64,000 nt of DNA. Origin: Salinispira sp. (lineage in GTDB: Bacteria > Spirochaetota > Spirochaetia > DSM-27196 > Salinispiraceae). This document shows positions 19,681 through 29,399 of the stretch, in pieces; positions within the stretch are counted from its first letter, which is position 1; each line of letters opens with the position of its first letter. A model generated the notes under the pieces. It saw only the letters and a list, made by a program, of their open reading frames with translations. It had not been told where the DNA came from and did no database searches. A program made the position numbers and the translations under genes. The stretch lies in assembly GCA_965602015.1 (NCBI GenBank), contig OZ271918.1, positions 2,976,001 to 3,040,000 of the forward strand. Reading direction: 5' to 3'.

Positions 19681-20783
19681 GCAGGGTCGGAGTCATCGGC
19701 GCGGGCGCCTGGGGCACCGCCGTAGCCCGGAACATCGGCCAAAACGGTCATGACGTTCTGATGTGGGCATATGAGGAAGATGTGGTCTCGGGAATCAACG
19801 GCAAGCACGAGAACAGCCGCTACCTCCCGGGGGTGAACCTGCCGGAAACCGTCAAAGCCACGGCGGATATCCGCCAGGCCGCGGACGACCGGGACTTTAT
19901 TATTCTCGCCGCCCCTTCGCTGTTTCTCCTTGACTCGGTGAAACAGATTCTCACGGTCCCGAGCATCCTCGAGGGGGAAGCCATTATCGGCATTCTCACC
20001 AAGGGATTCATGATGACCAAGGCGGGGCCCCGCCTCATCGTCGAAACCCTTGAGGACTACCTGCCGGGTTTTTACAAGGGCAATTTGGTGTACATTTCCG
20101 GCCCCTCCCACGCCGAGGAGGTGAGCCGGGGCATCCTCACGGGTCTCATTTCAGCAAGTCAGAACCCCCGCAACGCCATAAAAATCCGGGAGCTGTTAAA
20201 CTCCCGAACGCTTATGATGTTCAGCTCCCTGGATGTGGTCGGCGTCCAGGTCGCCGCCGCACTAAAAAACGTGGTGGCCATCGCCTTCGGAATCCTCGAT
20301 GCCCTCAAGGAATACAGCGGAACCGTGGGCGATAACACCGAGTCCCTTCTTCTCGCCGGCGGGCTGAATGAAATCCAGCAATTCGGCGCCGCAATGGGAG
20401 CCACCCATCCGGAGACCTTTACTTCCATAGCAGGAGTCGGCGACCTCGACGTTACCTGCCGTTCGCCCCACGGGCGGAACCGCCGTTTCGGCAGGGAAAT
20501 TATCCTGAAAAAATTACTCGAGCCCTATTCCAATATCGACGAGCTCATCGCCGACTTCAAAACCATCGGCTACCTCCCCGAGGGGGCGGTCGCAGTGCGG
20601 GCAATGAAGGAAGTCGTGGAGAAGCAGAAAATCAAAATGCCCATTTCCATGGGGGTGTACCGCATTCTGAACAAGGAATCAAAACCCCTTGAGGAAACCG
20701 AGCGAATTCTACAGACCCTCACCGGCGCGAGCATCAAACCCGGGGACATCGACTTCCACGTCGATCTCACTCATCACCTGTAA
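19677..20783 (+). CDS. gpsA: NAD(P)H-dependent glycerol-3-phosphate dehydrogenase
   Basis: GAGAWGTA, SGPSHAEEV, ALKNVVAIAFG and GVGDLDVTC...RNRRFG. Confidence 0.93.
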   Translation: MSRVGVIGAGAWGTAVARNIGQNGHDVLMWAYEEDVVSGINGKHENSRYLPGVNLPETVKATADIRQAADDRDFIILAAPSLFLLDSVKQILTVPSILEGEAIIGILTKGFMMTKAGPRLIVETLEDYLPGFYKGNLVYISGPSHAEEVSRGILTGLISASQNPRNAIKIRELLNSRTLMMFSSLDVVGVQVAAALKNVVAIAFGILDALKEYSGTVGDNTESLLLAGGLNEIQQFGAAMGATHPETFTSIAGVGDLDVTCRSPHGRNRRFGREIILKKLLEPYSNIDELIADFKTIGYLPEGAVAVRAMKEVVEKQKIKMPISMGVYRILNKESKPLEETERILQTLTGASIKPGDIDFHVDLTHHL

Positions 20784-20800
20784 GTCCCGAGGAGAACCCG

Positions 20801-21427
20801 ATGGCGCGGCAGCGAGACAGCGCAAAGAGGGAGGCGGTCCTTGCGGCAAGCAAAAGCCTGTTCGCCCGCAAGGGCTATCATGCCACCAGCATATCGGATA
20901 TACGCAGGGAAACCGGGCTGTCCACCGGCACAATCTACAATTATTTCGCCTCCAAGGAGGAAATTGTCAGTACCATCGTCGAAGAGGGCTGGCAGGAACT
21001 TGTGGCGGAATTGACACCGAGCCTGGGGAGCCGGCCGGAATTAGTGGACAGGGCGGATTTCCTGGCATTCACCCTGCTGCCCAAGCTGCTGAAAGACGAA
21101 GACCTGATACACATTCTCCTCAGCGAGGCTGTGGAGATTTCCCGAATCAGCGACAAACTCAAGGCCGTAGTCGCTATGGTGCTCCGTCTGCGGGAAGACG
21201 GAGGCGATGCCGGCGGCATAGACGAACCGACGATGGTCCGCCTCCAAACCGCCATTACGGTTTACTTTCTCGGATTTCTGGAAACCGTGAGAATCTCACG
21301 GCGAACTGATCTGGGAATAGGTCAAAAGGATATTTTACGCTTTATCCGGGACACCATTATCCGGGACCTCAACTCCCTTTCCGGCCCGGGATCAATGGCC
21401 GAATCGACCGGCGGGCGCTCCGGCTGA
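20801..21427 (+). CDS. TetR/AcrR-family transcriptional regulator
   Basis: HTH motif LFARKGYHATSISDI...GLSTGTIYNYFASKEEI. Confidence 0.92.
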   Translation: MARQRDSAKREAVLAASKSLFARKGYHATSISDIRRETGLSTGTIYNYFASKEEIVSTIVEEGWQELVAELTPSLGSRPELVDRADFLAFTLLPKLLKDEDLIHILLSEAVEISRISDKLKAVVAMVLRLREDGGDAGGIDEPTMVRLQTAITVYFLGFLETVRISRRTDLGIGQKDILRFIRDTIIRDLNSLSGPGSMAESTGGRSG

Positions 21428-21845
21428 TTCGCCGGCCACCGCGGCTGGCTGCACCCGTCGGGTCGCCCCTCGCTTCGAGTGATTCGCCGGCGGTCGTCTT
21501 GCCATGTCGGCGGTCGTCCAGCCATGCCGGCGCTCCGGCTGATTCGCCGGCAGTCGTCCGGCCATGCCGGCGGTCGTCCGGCCACCGCAGCGCCCCGGCT
21601 GACCGGCCGGCCATGCCGGAGTTTTGCCCGCCGGCTCAGCTGACCCGCCGGCAGTCGTCTGGCTAGCACGGCGCTTCGAGTGATTCGCCGGCAGTAGTCC
21701 GGCAACCGCTGCGCCTCGGCTGACACGCAGGCAGCCGTCGGGTCGCCGCGTCGCTTCGAGTGATTCGCCGGCAGTCGTCCGGCCATGCCGGCGCTCCGGC
21801 TAATTTGCCGCGGCTGGCAGGCAGCTGTCGGGCCACCCGGCGGAC
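21414..21845. repeat. degenerate GC-rich 20-bp-period tandem array of two interleaved monomers
   Basis: Monomer A is GGCGCTCCGGCTGATTCGCC (variant GGCGCTTCGAGTGATTCGCC). Monomer B is GGCAGTCGTCCGGCCATGCC. There are about 20 units, with GCCGGC junctions at most unit boundaries. Confidence 0.88.
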
Positions 21846-21879
21846 GGTACACTGCTGCGGACAGTATTGAACTGCGCTG

Positions 21880-21908
21880 TAGACAAGGCAGCGCTCATTT
21901 AGTATATT
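21880..21908 (+). promoter_or_regulatory. sigma70-type promoter of tRNA-Cys
   Basis: TAGACA-N17-TATATT, 11 nt upstream of the tRNA. Confidence 0.75.
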
Positions 21909-21919
21909 TCCGCAATATT

Positions 21920-21992
21920 GGCGCCGTACCCAAGTGGCTAAGGGAGAGGTCTGCAAAACCTTTATTCGCCGGTTCGATTCCGGCCGGCGCCT
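21920..21992 (+). tRNA. tRNA-Cys(GCA), CCA not encoded
   Basis: Acceptor stem GGCGCCG/CGGCGCC with U discriminator, D-loop AAGTGGCTAAG, anticodon loop CTGCAAA and T-loop GGTTCGATTCC. Confidence 0.96.
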
Positions 21993-21996
21993 TATT

Positions 21997-22025
21997 AAGC
22001 AACCCGTTGCGGGTTGCTTTTTTTT
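21997..22025 (+). terminator. intrinsic terminator after tRNA-Cys
   Basis: AAGCAACCCG-TTG-CGGGTTGCTT followed by a T-run. Confidence 0.9.
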
Positions 22026-22048
22026 ATCCGCGCTTTTCACAGGGATTT

Positions 22049-22080
22049 AAAAAAAACCAGCCTGCGAAGTTCGCAGGCTG
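22049..22080 (-). terminator. intrinsic terminator after the lipoprotein gene
   Basis: CAGCCTGCGA-x-TCGCAGGCTG hairpin followed by a T-run on the minus strand. Confidence 0.85.
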
Positions 22081-22103
22081 AATTGCTCGAATCTTTGACA
22101 GGA

Positions 22104-22607
22104 TCAGTCCGGAGCGACGGGAAGTTCAACAGTACCGTTGAAGAAGAATTCGTCATTACTGACGTCCATCTTTAAAACGGCTGTTCCGGCGGTTTCATCG
22201 ACGGTGAGGGTGATAAAACCTTCGGTAATGATATAGTTGGTGCCGTTGGCATAATACGTCACCGTCTGGTTTCCGCTGGTGTCGCCGAACAGTCTCAGCT
22301 GCAGGGGGCGCTCTTCAGCGCTTGAGGGTGCGGTGAAGAAAATAGAGTCTTCACTATCGGGGTAGGCACCGAGATCCCAGGGATTGGTAGTTGAGGCGGC
22401 AATGGGATACAGTTCCACAGACCAATCGCCGGCGTCGAATCCGGGCTCAACAAATCCCGAAACGAAGGTCCAATCGCCATTCGCTCCGGTTCCGGAAATC
22501 GGATCGGTTGAATAATCTGAACCGCCGAGACCCAATAAGTCACAGCCGGCGAACAGGAGTATCGCTGCGGCCAGGAACAGTACGGAAATACGGGCATATA
22601 CACGCAT
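22104..22607 (-). CDS. hypothetical lipoprotein
   Basis: ATG 22607 has an AAGGAG SD. The signal peptide ends in the lipobox FAGC and the mature part is beta-rich. Confidence 0.75.
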   Translation of the reverse strand: MRVYARISVLFLAAAILLFAGCDLLGLGGSDYSTDPISGTGANGDWTFVSGFVEPGFDAGDWSVELYPIAASTTNPWDLGAYPDSEDSIFFTAPSSAEERPLQLRLFGDTSGNQTVTYYANGTNYIITEGFITLTVDETAGTAVLKMDVSNDEFFFNGTVELPVAPD

Positions 22608-22730
22608 AGGTATTTCTCCTTCTGGTTTTGATAAATACAATTATAGTTCATTTGAGGGCTTTATACTGATTCACTTTCGAAAATTAGAGATGTGTACTCG
22701 TGATTTTGCCAAATAGGCACTAAACAAATG

Positions 22731-23144
22731 TTACCGCGAACTCCTGAATTCCTCGGCGGCTATCTGGAATTCCGGTGCCGGCGCCGGTCGGCCGTTGCGC
22801 AAAACCGTTGCGGTTATTTTCGCCTTGCAGACGATTGCCTCATCCCGATAGCGAATTATTTCCTGATGAAAGATGTGCCTCAGCCGGCCTTCATGGGAGA
22901 GCTTGGTGCCCACGTAAAACAGATCGCCGCTTTTGAGGGGCTGCAGATAATCCAGCTCCGCCCTGGTGACCACCGGGTCCCTGCCCTCTTGATGCATGGC
23001 GGCAAAATCGATTCCAACTGCCTGGAGGAACTTATGTCTGGCGTGCTCTAAATAATTTTGGTACACCGAATTATTGACGATACCCTGGAGATCAAGCTCG
23101 TAATCCCGTACCTCCAAATCGATAACAAAATCATATTCCTTCAT
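22731..23144 (-). CDS. acyl-CoA thioesterase (4HBT/YbgC hotdog fold)
   Basis: Motif VRDYELDLQGIVNNSVYQNYLEHAR. Confidence 0.9.
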   Translation of the reverse strand: MKEYDFVIDLEVRDYELDLQGIVNNSVYQNYLEHARHKFLQAVGIDFAAMHQEGRDPVVTRAELDYLQPLKSGDLFYVGTKLSHEGRLRHIFHQEIIRYRDEAIVCKAKITATVLRNGRPAPAPEFQIAAEEFRSSR

Positions 23145-23769
23145 TGTCGCCCCTCCTCACGCCTTCTCCGTGGGTGAACAGATGAGTCGACAGATAATAC
23201 CAGGCAATAGCCATAACCCCGTTTACCATAAACTCCGGCACCCGTCCCTGGCGAATCAGTTCCAGCGGAACCAGTTCCACATCCATAACCTCATTCTCAT
23301 CCAGCATGCGGCTGCCTTGAAACTCGAGGTTCCGGGCCAAAAAACAGTGCATGGTATTTCCCATAAATGCCGCATTGGGAGAAGCGCTGCCCAGATGCTC
23401 TACTTCAGACGAAACAAAGCCGGTTTCCTCGAACAGTTCCCGAGCCGCCGCCTCCTTCGGATTCTCCCGGGCATCGACCATTCCCCCCGGCAGCTCCAGG
23501 GCTTCGGAGCCGACCCCGGGACGGAACTGGCGCACCATTATCAGACAGAGACGATCCCCGCTGTCTCTGGTCAAGGCGCAGACGTTCACCCAATCGCTTG
23601 TATCAAGTCGGAGGAAGGTCGTCTTCCGACCGTCATCCCGGGAATGATCAACCTCGGAAACGGAAAATATCGAGCCGGAAAACACCTGCCTGGAGCTCCC
23701 TTTGCGCCACCGGAGATGACCAGTGGTCCGCGGCTGGCCGTATTCGTATATCGGATAATCCCTGTTCAT
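23131..23769 (-). CDS. NUDIX hydrolase (ADP-ribose pyrophosphatase-like)
   Basis: Nudix box GGMVDARENPKEAAARELFEETG, plus VRQFRP. Confidence 0.9.
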   Translation of the reverse strand: MNRDYPIYEYGQPRTTGHLRWRKGSSRQVFSGSIFSVSEVDHSRDDGRKTTFLRLDTSDWVNVCALTRDSGDRLCLIMVRQFRPGVGSEALELPGGMVDARENPKEAAARELFEETGFVSSEVEHLGSASPNAAFMGNTMHCFLARNLEFQGSRMLDENEVMDVELVPLELIRQGRVPEFMVNGVMAIAWYYLSTHLFTHGEGVRRGDNEGI

Positions 23770-23797
23770 CGAAACTCCCTGCGGGTATTATGATCGT

Positions 23798-25342
23798 ATG
23801 AGTAATAAAGGCCCGTCGTCATTATATCAGCGAATAAACAAGATAATACAGCATCTGCTCACCGGACTGTATGAGCGCGACCACGCGCTCAGAATCAGCC
23901 TTCTGGCCGCCCTGTCTGGTCAAAGCGTGTTTTTCCTCGGACCTCCGGGCACAGCCAAAAGCCTGGTGGCCCGGCGATTGTCTTTAGCTTTTGTCGAGGC
24001 GCGGTTTTTCGAGTATCTGATGGGAAGGTTTTCCACCCCCGATGAGCTCTTTGGTCCGGTATCTATCGCCCGTCTCAAGCATGAGGACCGGTACAGCCGA
24101 AACATCAAAGGCTACCTGCCCGATGCCCACATTGTGTTTCTCGATGAGATATGGAAGGCAAGCCCGCCCATCCAGAACAGCCTTCTCACCGCATTAAACG
24201 AGCGGACCTACCAGAACGGCGACGAAACCATCCGGCTCCCGCTGAAATGCTTCATCGCCGCCAGCAATGAAATTCATCTCGCCGATGAAACCCGGGCGTT
24301 TTGGGACCGCTTCCTTCTGCGCATTCAGGTTGATCCCATCGATGATACTGATGACTTTCTCCGCCTGATCACCGAAGAGGGAGTCCCGTCCCTTGCTCCG
24401 GCTCCCAATCCGGTGCAGGACGATGAATGGAACCGTTGGCTTTCAGAAATCTCCTCGCTTTCTCTTTCTCGCGATCTTCTCGGCCTGATCAGTCATCTTC
24501 GGGACGACCTGCTTTCTCTGGCGGCGGAAGATCCCGGGTTTTACATATCAGATCGCAGATGGAAAATGATAAGCCTGATACTTCGCGCCTCGGCATATTT
24601 TCACGACCGGACGGAAGCCAGCCTGATCGACGGTTTCCTTATAAGCCATTGCATTTGGAACAGCGGGGAACAGCGGGCTGAACTGCAAAAACGTTTTGCC
24701 TCAGCCCTGAAAAAAAGCGCATTTGTTCAAAGCGATGATCCGGACGAACCAGAAGAAATTGTTCGGCGCTTTCAGGATGATTTGTCGGAACAGGCGGCGG
24801 AAACCGTCGAAGTCGAACGCTTGGTTCCGCTGCGATACGACGGCGAGTATGCTCTCTTCATTCCCGAGACGTCGGATCCCGTGCTAAGCTACCGGGTGTG
24901 GTTCGACGATCTGGAAAATCTCGATGAACGGGGAGAACTTGAGCTCTTCGTACACGAAGGCGGAAACTTCACCCATACGGAAATTCACCGAATGGCCTGG
25001 AGCAACAGCGAGCGCTGGGAGCTGGAAGGCGATCTGGGTGCGGGCAAAATCGAATCCGCGGTTCAGCGCGAACAGCAGCGGCAGCCCAGAAATCTCGGCT
25101 CAGCCGAAGTTCGGGAACTCAATACCCGTGCGACTGATGTGATGGCGCTGCTTGAAAACCGCATACGTGACATCAGGGAGAACAGCAGCGCTCTGGTTCG
25201 CCAAGCCGCAGACCACCTGTTTGTTCCGGGCAGCGATACCGGGGTACTGGAAGAGGCAGCCCGGTCCCGCATTGCCATCCTGGAGCATCTCATGGCTGAT
25301 ATGATTGACAGCGCCGGACGCTACGGCCTTGAGCTCAGTTAG
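23798..25342 (+). CDS. ravA: RavA-like MoxR AAA+ ATPase
   Basis: LYERDHA, GPPGTAKSLVARRL, FEYLMGRFSTPDELFGP, FLDEIWKA and SDRRWK. Confidence 0.88.
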   Translation: MSNKGPSSLYQRINKIIQHLLTGLYERDHALRISLLAALSGQSVFFLGPPGTAKSLVARRLSLAFVEARFFEYLMGRFSTPDELFGPVSIARLKHEDRYSRNIKGYLPDAHIVFLDEIWKASPPIQNSLLTALNERTYQNGDETIRLPLKCFIAASNEIHLADETRAFWDRFLLRIQVDPIDDTDDFLRLITEEGVPSLAPAPNPVQDDEWNRWLSEISSLSLSRDLLGLISHLRDDLLSLAAEDPGFYISDRRWKMISLILRASAYFHDRTEASLIDGFLISHCIWNSGEQRAELQKRFASALKKSAFVQSDDPDEPEEIVRRFQDDLSEQAAETVEVERLVPLRYDGEYALFIPETSDPVLSYRVWFDDLENLDERGELELFVHEGGNFTHTEIHRMAWSNSERWELEGDLGAGKIESAVQREQQRQPRNLGSAEVRELNTRATDVMALLENRIRDIRENSSALVRQAADHLFVPGSDTGVLEEAARSRIAILEHLMADMIDSAGRYGLELS

Positions 25343-25344
25343 TC

Positions 25345-26907
25345 ATGCACCACCACTGCGCGTATTTCCACGACGACGAACTCCTGCCCGCTGAACTGCG
25401 GGAAGCCCTTGAGGAAAGCAGCTACGATTTCTTCCTGGGCAGCACCCCAGAAGAGAGTGGATGTTCTGCGGTCGCACAATCCGGGGAACCCCGGACCCGT
25501 GCCCTGCATGAAATGACCAGGGCTCTTTTTGCCCTGGCATCTCCGGTGCGCCGCTTGACCGAAGGCAATGGGGAGATCAGCCAGAGAATATCCCACGACC
25601 TGGTTCATCAGCTGGGTCACGTATTCGCCGATTCCAACGAGGCGGCTGCATTAGGCGCTCTCGAGCGGCTTCGAAACCGGCTGGCCGGCAGAGATGCCCG
25701 TTCCAGACTCGCAGTGCAGACGTCCCTGGGACTGCACAGCCCCCGGGCCGAGCGCTTGTGCCACCGGGGAAACCATGAATCCCGGGACCTTCGCCGGGAA
25801 GCCCTTGAGCAGGAGACCATCCGCGAACTGGATCTCTGTCTCGACCGCTATGAGCGAAGGGTGTACCGCTCAATGATCAGGAGCCACATTCCGGGCATCG
25901 CAAAAGATCTGTTGCGCGACAGCCGTGAGCTGACCGATGTTTCAGAAAAAATGCAGCACTATTTCGGGATCAGTTCAGGCCGCTGGGATCTGCGCAAGGG
26001 CAGCTGGCGTCAGGTACCCTGGGATCTGTTCGCCGCAAGCCAGAACATGCTGGACAGCGATGCGAGCATCCGCGCTTTGGCAGAGATCCTCGGCAGAGGG
26101 CCCGGGCGCAACGCCGGCGACCGTCAGACCGAAAAAACCGTCGAGGTAATGCGGGAAAAAACCGTGAGCCATCGGGAATACCTGGGCCGAAGCGAAATTC
26201 TCGGGGTTGAGTTCGGCGACGATATCAACATCCTTCTGCCGGGGGAATATACCCGGCTCCTGGACAGCGACAGCGAGCTGCGTTTTTTCAAGGAACTGCT
26301 TGAGGGAGAGCTTCTGGTCGCCCGATACCGCCGCGAAGCTCACCGGAGCCGGGTAGAACGGGTCAAAGCATTGGAAAAACGGGTGTTCGACGAGCCTCAG
26401 GGCCCCCTGATAATCTGTATCGACACCAGCGGGAGCATGGCCGGCTGGCCCGAGCAGGTTGCCAAGGCGTTGAGCATGGCCCTGATACGGATCTGCTGGC
26501 AGCAAAAGCGCCAGCTGTATGCGGTGCTGTTCTCTACGGAAATAATGGAGATGGATCTTAGTGACCTGAACTCCGGCATTGATCAGCTCTCGGCCTTTAT
26601 GTCGATGGAGTTTCGGGGGGGCACCGATTTGAGGCCAGCCTTGCGGGCTTCGGTGGAAACCATCAAAACAAACAAATTCAAAAATGCCGACCTGCTCATC
26701 GTTTCGGATTTCCGGGTACCAAAAATCATGATTAAACAGAGCCGAGCCCTTGAAAGCCTGCGGCGCGACGGGGGAAACCGGGTACACGCCCTGACTGTTG
26801 GCCTGCATCCGGTAATAGACAACTTCAACATGTTCGACAGCCAGTGGCATTACCGGATTTCCCGGGGCGGACAGGGCCTGGGAGTGACCGGCCTGGTCGA
26901 AGTGTGA
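25345..26907 (+). CDS. viaA: ViaA-like VWA-domain protein
   Basis: MIDAS motif GPLIICIDTSGSM, FRGGTD and VSDF. Lies directly after the ravA-like gene. Confidence 0.82.
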   Translation: MHHHCAYFHDDELLPAELREALEESSYDFFLGSTPEESGCSAVAQSGEPRTRALHEMTRALFALASPVRRLTEGNGEISQRISHDLVHQLGHVFADSNEAAALGALERLRNRLAGRDARSRLAVQTSLGLHSPRAERLCHRGNHESRDLRREALEQETIRELDLCLDRYERRVYRSMIRSHIPGIAKDLLRDSRELTDVSEKMQHYFGISSGRWDLRKGSWRQVPWDLFAASQNMLDSDASIRALAEILGRGPGRNAGDRQTEKTVEVMREKTVSHREYLGRSEILGVEFGDDINILLPGEYTRLLDSDSELRFFKELLEGELLVARYRREAHRSRVERVKALEKRVFDEPQGPLIICIDTSGSMAGWPEQVAKALSMALIRICWQQKRQLYAVLFSTEIMEMDLSDLNSGIDQLSAFMSMEFRGGTDLRPALRASVETIKTNKFKNADLLIVSDFRVPKIMIKQSRALESLRRDGGNRVHALTVGLHPVIDNFNMFDSQWHYRISRGGQGLGVTGLVEV

Positions 26908-26960
26908 AGGAGTTCCCGCAGCGAGTTGACTTTTTATCCCCAGGCGTCATCTTATTAGCT

Positions 26961-27896
26961 ATGGCAGATATACACCGGCTCACCGATGAGCTCCTGAAAT
27001 CCTATAATGACATCGGCGGCATAAACCACATACACGGTCCGAATCTTCCCAGCAGACTCGGGGTTCAGAACATTATCAGCGATCTGGAAAGCCTGATATT
27101 TCCGGGCTTCAAGGCCGAAGAGCCCCTGGACTCGGCCAATCTGCAGTTTTCCATAGCCGAGACCCTGAACAGGGTGAGCAGGAATCTCTCGAAGGAGATT
27201 ACCCGGAGCCTGTGCTACAAGCGCCGGGTTGAGGGCGACCGCTATTGCATGAGCCACGGCCAGAGCAAACAGGTATCGGTGTGCAGAACCGATGCAGAAC
27301 GGGAAGCCGCCCTGGTTCTCGAAACAATTCCGGGACTCAGGAAGGTTGTCCAGAAAGACGTTGAAGCGGCATTCCAGGGCGACCCCGCAAGCCAGTCCCA
27401 CGAAGAAGTCATTCTCGCCTACCCTGGTGTTGAAGCCATCATGATTCATCGGGTCGCTCACGAAATGTGGATTCGGGACATCCCCCTCATCCCCCGGCTA
27501 ATGAGCGAAATTATCCACGGCAAAACCGGCATAGACATTCACCCCGGAGCGCAAATCGGAGAGTATTTCTTCATCGACCACGCCACCGGAGTGGTCATCG
27601 GAGAAACCACCGTCATCGGCAAAAATGTAAAAATATATCAGGGGGTTACCCTCGGTGCGCTGTCGGTTCGTAAGGAAAAAGCGAACCAAAAGCGCCATCC
27701 CACCATTGAAGACAACGTGACCATTTATTCCGGCGCAACTATCCTGGGCGGAAAAACCGTCATCGGACAGGGTTCGGTAATCGGAGGGAACGTGTGGCTG
27801 ACCCATTCGGTGCCCGCGGGCAGCACGGTGTACAACAATGATCCGGATTATACAATCAGAAATAAATACGAGTACTTGCCGGATTTTCAGATTTAA
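26961..27896 (+). CDS. cysE: serine O-acetyltransferase
   Basis: GDPA, TGIDIHPGA, FFIDHATGVVIGET, IYQGVTLG and KRHPTI. The real start is likely ATG 26961. Confidence 0.92.
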   Translation: MADIHRLTDELLKSYNDIGGINHIHGPNLPSRLGVQNIISDLESLIFPGFKAEEPLDSANLQFSIAETLNRVSRNLSKEITRSLCYKRRVEGDRYCMSHGQSKQVSVCRTDAEREAALVLETIPGLRKVVQKDVEAAFQGDPASQSHEEVILAYPGVEAIMIHRVAHEMWIRDIPLIPRLMSEIIHGKTGIDIHPGAQIGEYFFIDHATGVVIGETTVIGKNVKIYQGVTLGALSVRKEKANQKRHPTIEDNVTIYSGATILGGKTVIGQGSVIGGNVWLTHSVPAGSTVYNNDPDYTIRNKYEYLPDFQI

Positions 27897-27918
27897 GCGC
27901 GAGCCCCTGGTTCAGGAC

Positions 27919-28812
27919 TCAGCGCTGTCGATACTCAAGGGATATGTATGAAGTGCTGTAGTTTGGCACATTGTGGAGCCATTCCAAAAACTTTTCCGCC
28001 TCAGCCTTGACCTCGAAGGGTCCGTAGCGCAGTCGGTAAAACAGCCGCTCACCGGTGTTCAAGGTGCTGATTCGCCCGCCGAATCCATGGCTCAACAGCT
28101 CCTCCCGAACCCGGGTTACGCTCTCAATGCTCGGACTGGCAAAAACCTGTATCCAGTATTCCTCGACCTGCATTACAGCGTTTTCGCGAACCGAAGGCTT
28201 TTCGGCATCTTCACCGGCGGATCCCGCTGCGGAAACGGCGCTGCTTCGGGACGGACCGCTCTCCCGGCTGCTGCCGGCGGTCGAAGCGCCATGCGGAGCC
28301 GCTCCCTGTTGCGCGGCAGCAGGAGCAGCAGCCTGATTTCCAGACTGATGCACCGGCGAGGCGGATTCGCCTGAGGAGCCCGGCATATTGTTCTGCGCGG
28401 CACTGACTTGTTGTTGATATCCCGCTGGCTCATCGGCCCGGCGTGCGGAGCTTTCGGCGGACCCGTCATCCCGGTTGGCAACCTGTCCGTAAACCTGCTG
28501 CTGGCGGAAAACCAGGGGCATGCCGTCCTCGGGTTGAGCGTCGGCCTGCTCTTGGGAACCATCGCTTGCAGAGCCGTCAAGTTCCCCTTCACTGCCGCCT
28601 GCTCCGTCCTCACCGGACACCGGATCATCGGCTTGAGTACCTTCAGGGCTCCGCAGATAGAGGAAGGGGTCGAAATTTTCACTGTTCTCAAAACCGGGGT
28701 CAGCGTCGGCAAGCCTGTCTTCCGGTGAAAAAAGGAAGAGTCCGGCGGCGATTATGCCGGCGCTCACCAGAGTCACTATGAGGATGATGATGTAGGTCTT
28801 ATTCTGTTCCAT
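27919..28812 (-). CDS. membrane-anchored SPOR-domain protein
   Basis: N-terminal TM, a low-complexity linker and C-terminal YWIQVFA...YRLRYGPF...AEAE. Confidence 0.85.
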   Translation of the reverse strand: MEQNKTYIIILIVTLVSAGIIAAGLFLFSPEDRLADADPGFENSENFDPFLYLRSPEGTQADDPVSGEDGAGGSEGELDGSASDGSQEQADAQPEDGMPLVFRQQQVYGQVANRDDGSAESSARRADEPAGYQQQVSAAQNNMPGSSGESASPVHQSGNQAAAPAAAQQGAAPHGASTAGSSRESGPSRSSAVSAAGSAGEDAEKPSVRENAVMQVEEYWIQVFASPSIESVTRVREELLSHGFGGRISTLNTGERLFYRLRYGPFEVKAEAEKFLEWLHNVPNYSTSYISLEYRQR

Positions 28813-29399
28813 ACCCGAACCTGCAAAATCTCGTCGATACGCCGAAGCGCTTCCGCCTTCCTGCGGTTGTCTACTGTATACATATCGACATTTTGAGGCG
28901 CGAGTTGAGTTTTCAATTCATTTTGCGTGCGGATTCTTTTGAATACTTCACTCCAGGGAAGCTTATCGCGCTTCCTGGCCCGAAATGCCCTGGTGAGGCG
29001 GGGCGCATCGATCCAGAGTATAAAGTCGCAGAGGGGATGGAGATTCATTTTGAAGAGGATGGCGGCATTAATCAGCACACCCGGTCCCTCGGGCATCCGC
29101 TGTTTGTACTCTCCAATGAGCTCGGCGCAGCGCCGACGCATCTCCGGATGGACTATGGCCTCCAGCTGCTCAAGTGCCCGGGGGTCCGAGAACACCCTGG
29201 CGCCGAGCCGGCGCCGGTCTACTTCACCTCCGCTGAGGATATCATCGCTGAAGCGCTCAACCAGCTCTTCCCGACGATTTTTGAGAGCCTCATGGCCCAG
29301 GTGGTCTACTTCAATGTGATGCCATCCCCGGCTCTGGTACTCCGCTGCGATGGTGGACTTCCCCGAAGCATAGGGACCGGTGATGCCGATTACCGTCAA
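28776..29399 (-). CDS. coaE: dephospho-CoA kinase
   Basis: IGITGPYASGKST, VDRRRLG..VF and LEAIVHP. Confidence 0.92.
   Translation of the reverse strand: MTVIGITGPYASGKSTIAAEYQSRGWHHIEVDHLGHEALKNRREELVERFSDDILSGGEVDRRRLGARVFSDPRALEQLEAIVHPEMRRRCAELIGEYKQRMPEGPGVLINAAILFKMNLHPLCDFILWIDAPRLTRAFRARKRDKLPWSEVFKRIRTQNELKTQLAPQNVDMYTVDNRRKAEALRRIDEILQVRVWNRIRPTSSSS

Noticed and set aside
21414..21845. CRISPR array interpretation of the 20-bp repeat region
   Set aside because: There are no unique spacers, the intervening units are themselves repeats, the units are degenerate, and no cas genes are in the window.
21322..22081. ORFs over the repeat array and tRNA (e.g. 21322..21852 -, 21663..22040 -, 21785..22081 +)
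   Set aside because: They are by-products of a GC-rich repeat with a non-triplet period, they overlap TetR or the tRNA, and they have no SD or family motifs.
21920..23144. Genomic island integrated at tRNA-Cys
   Set aside because: There is no integrase and I saw no duplicated tRNA 3' end. The tRNA is followed directly by its terminator and ordinary genes.
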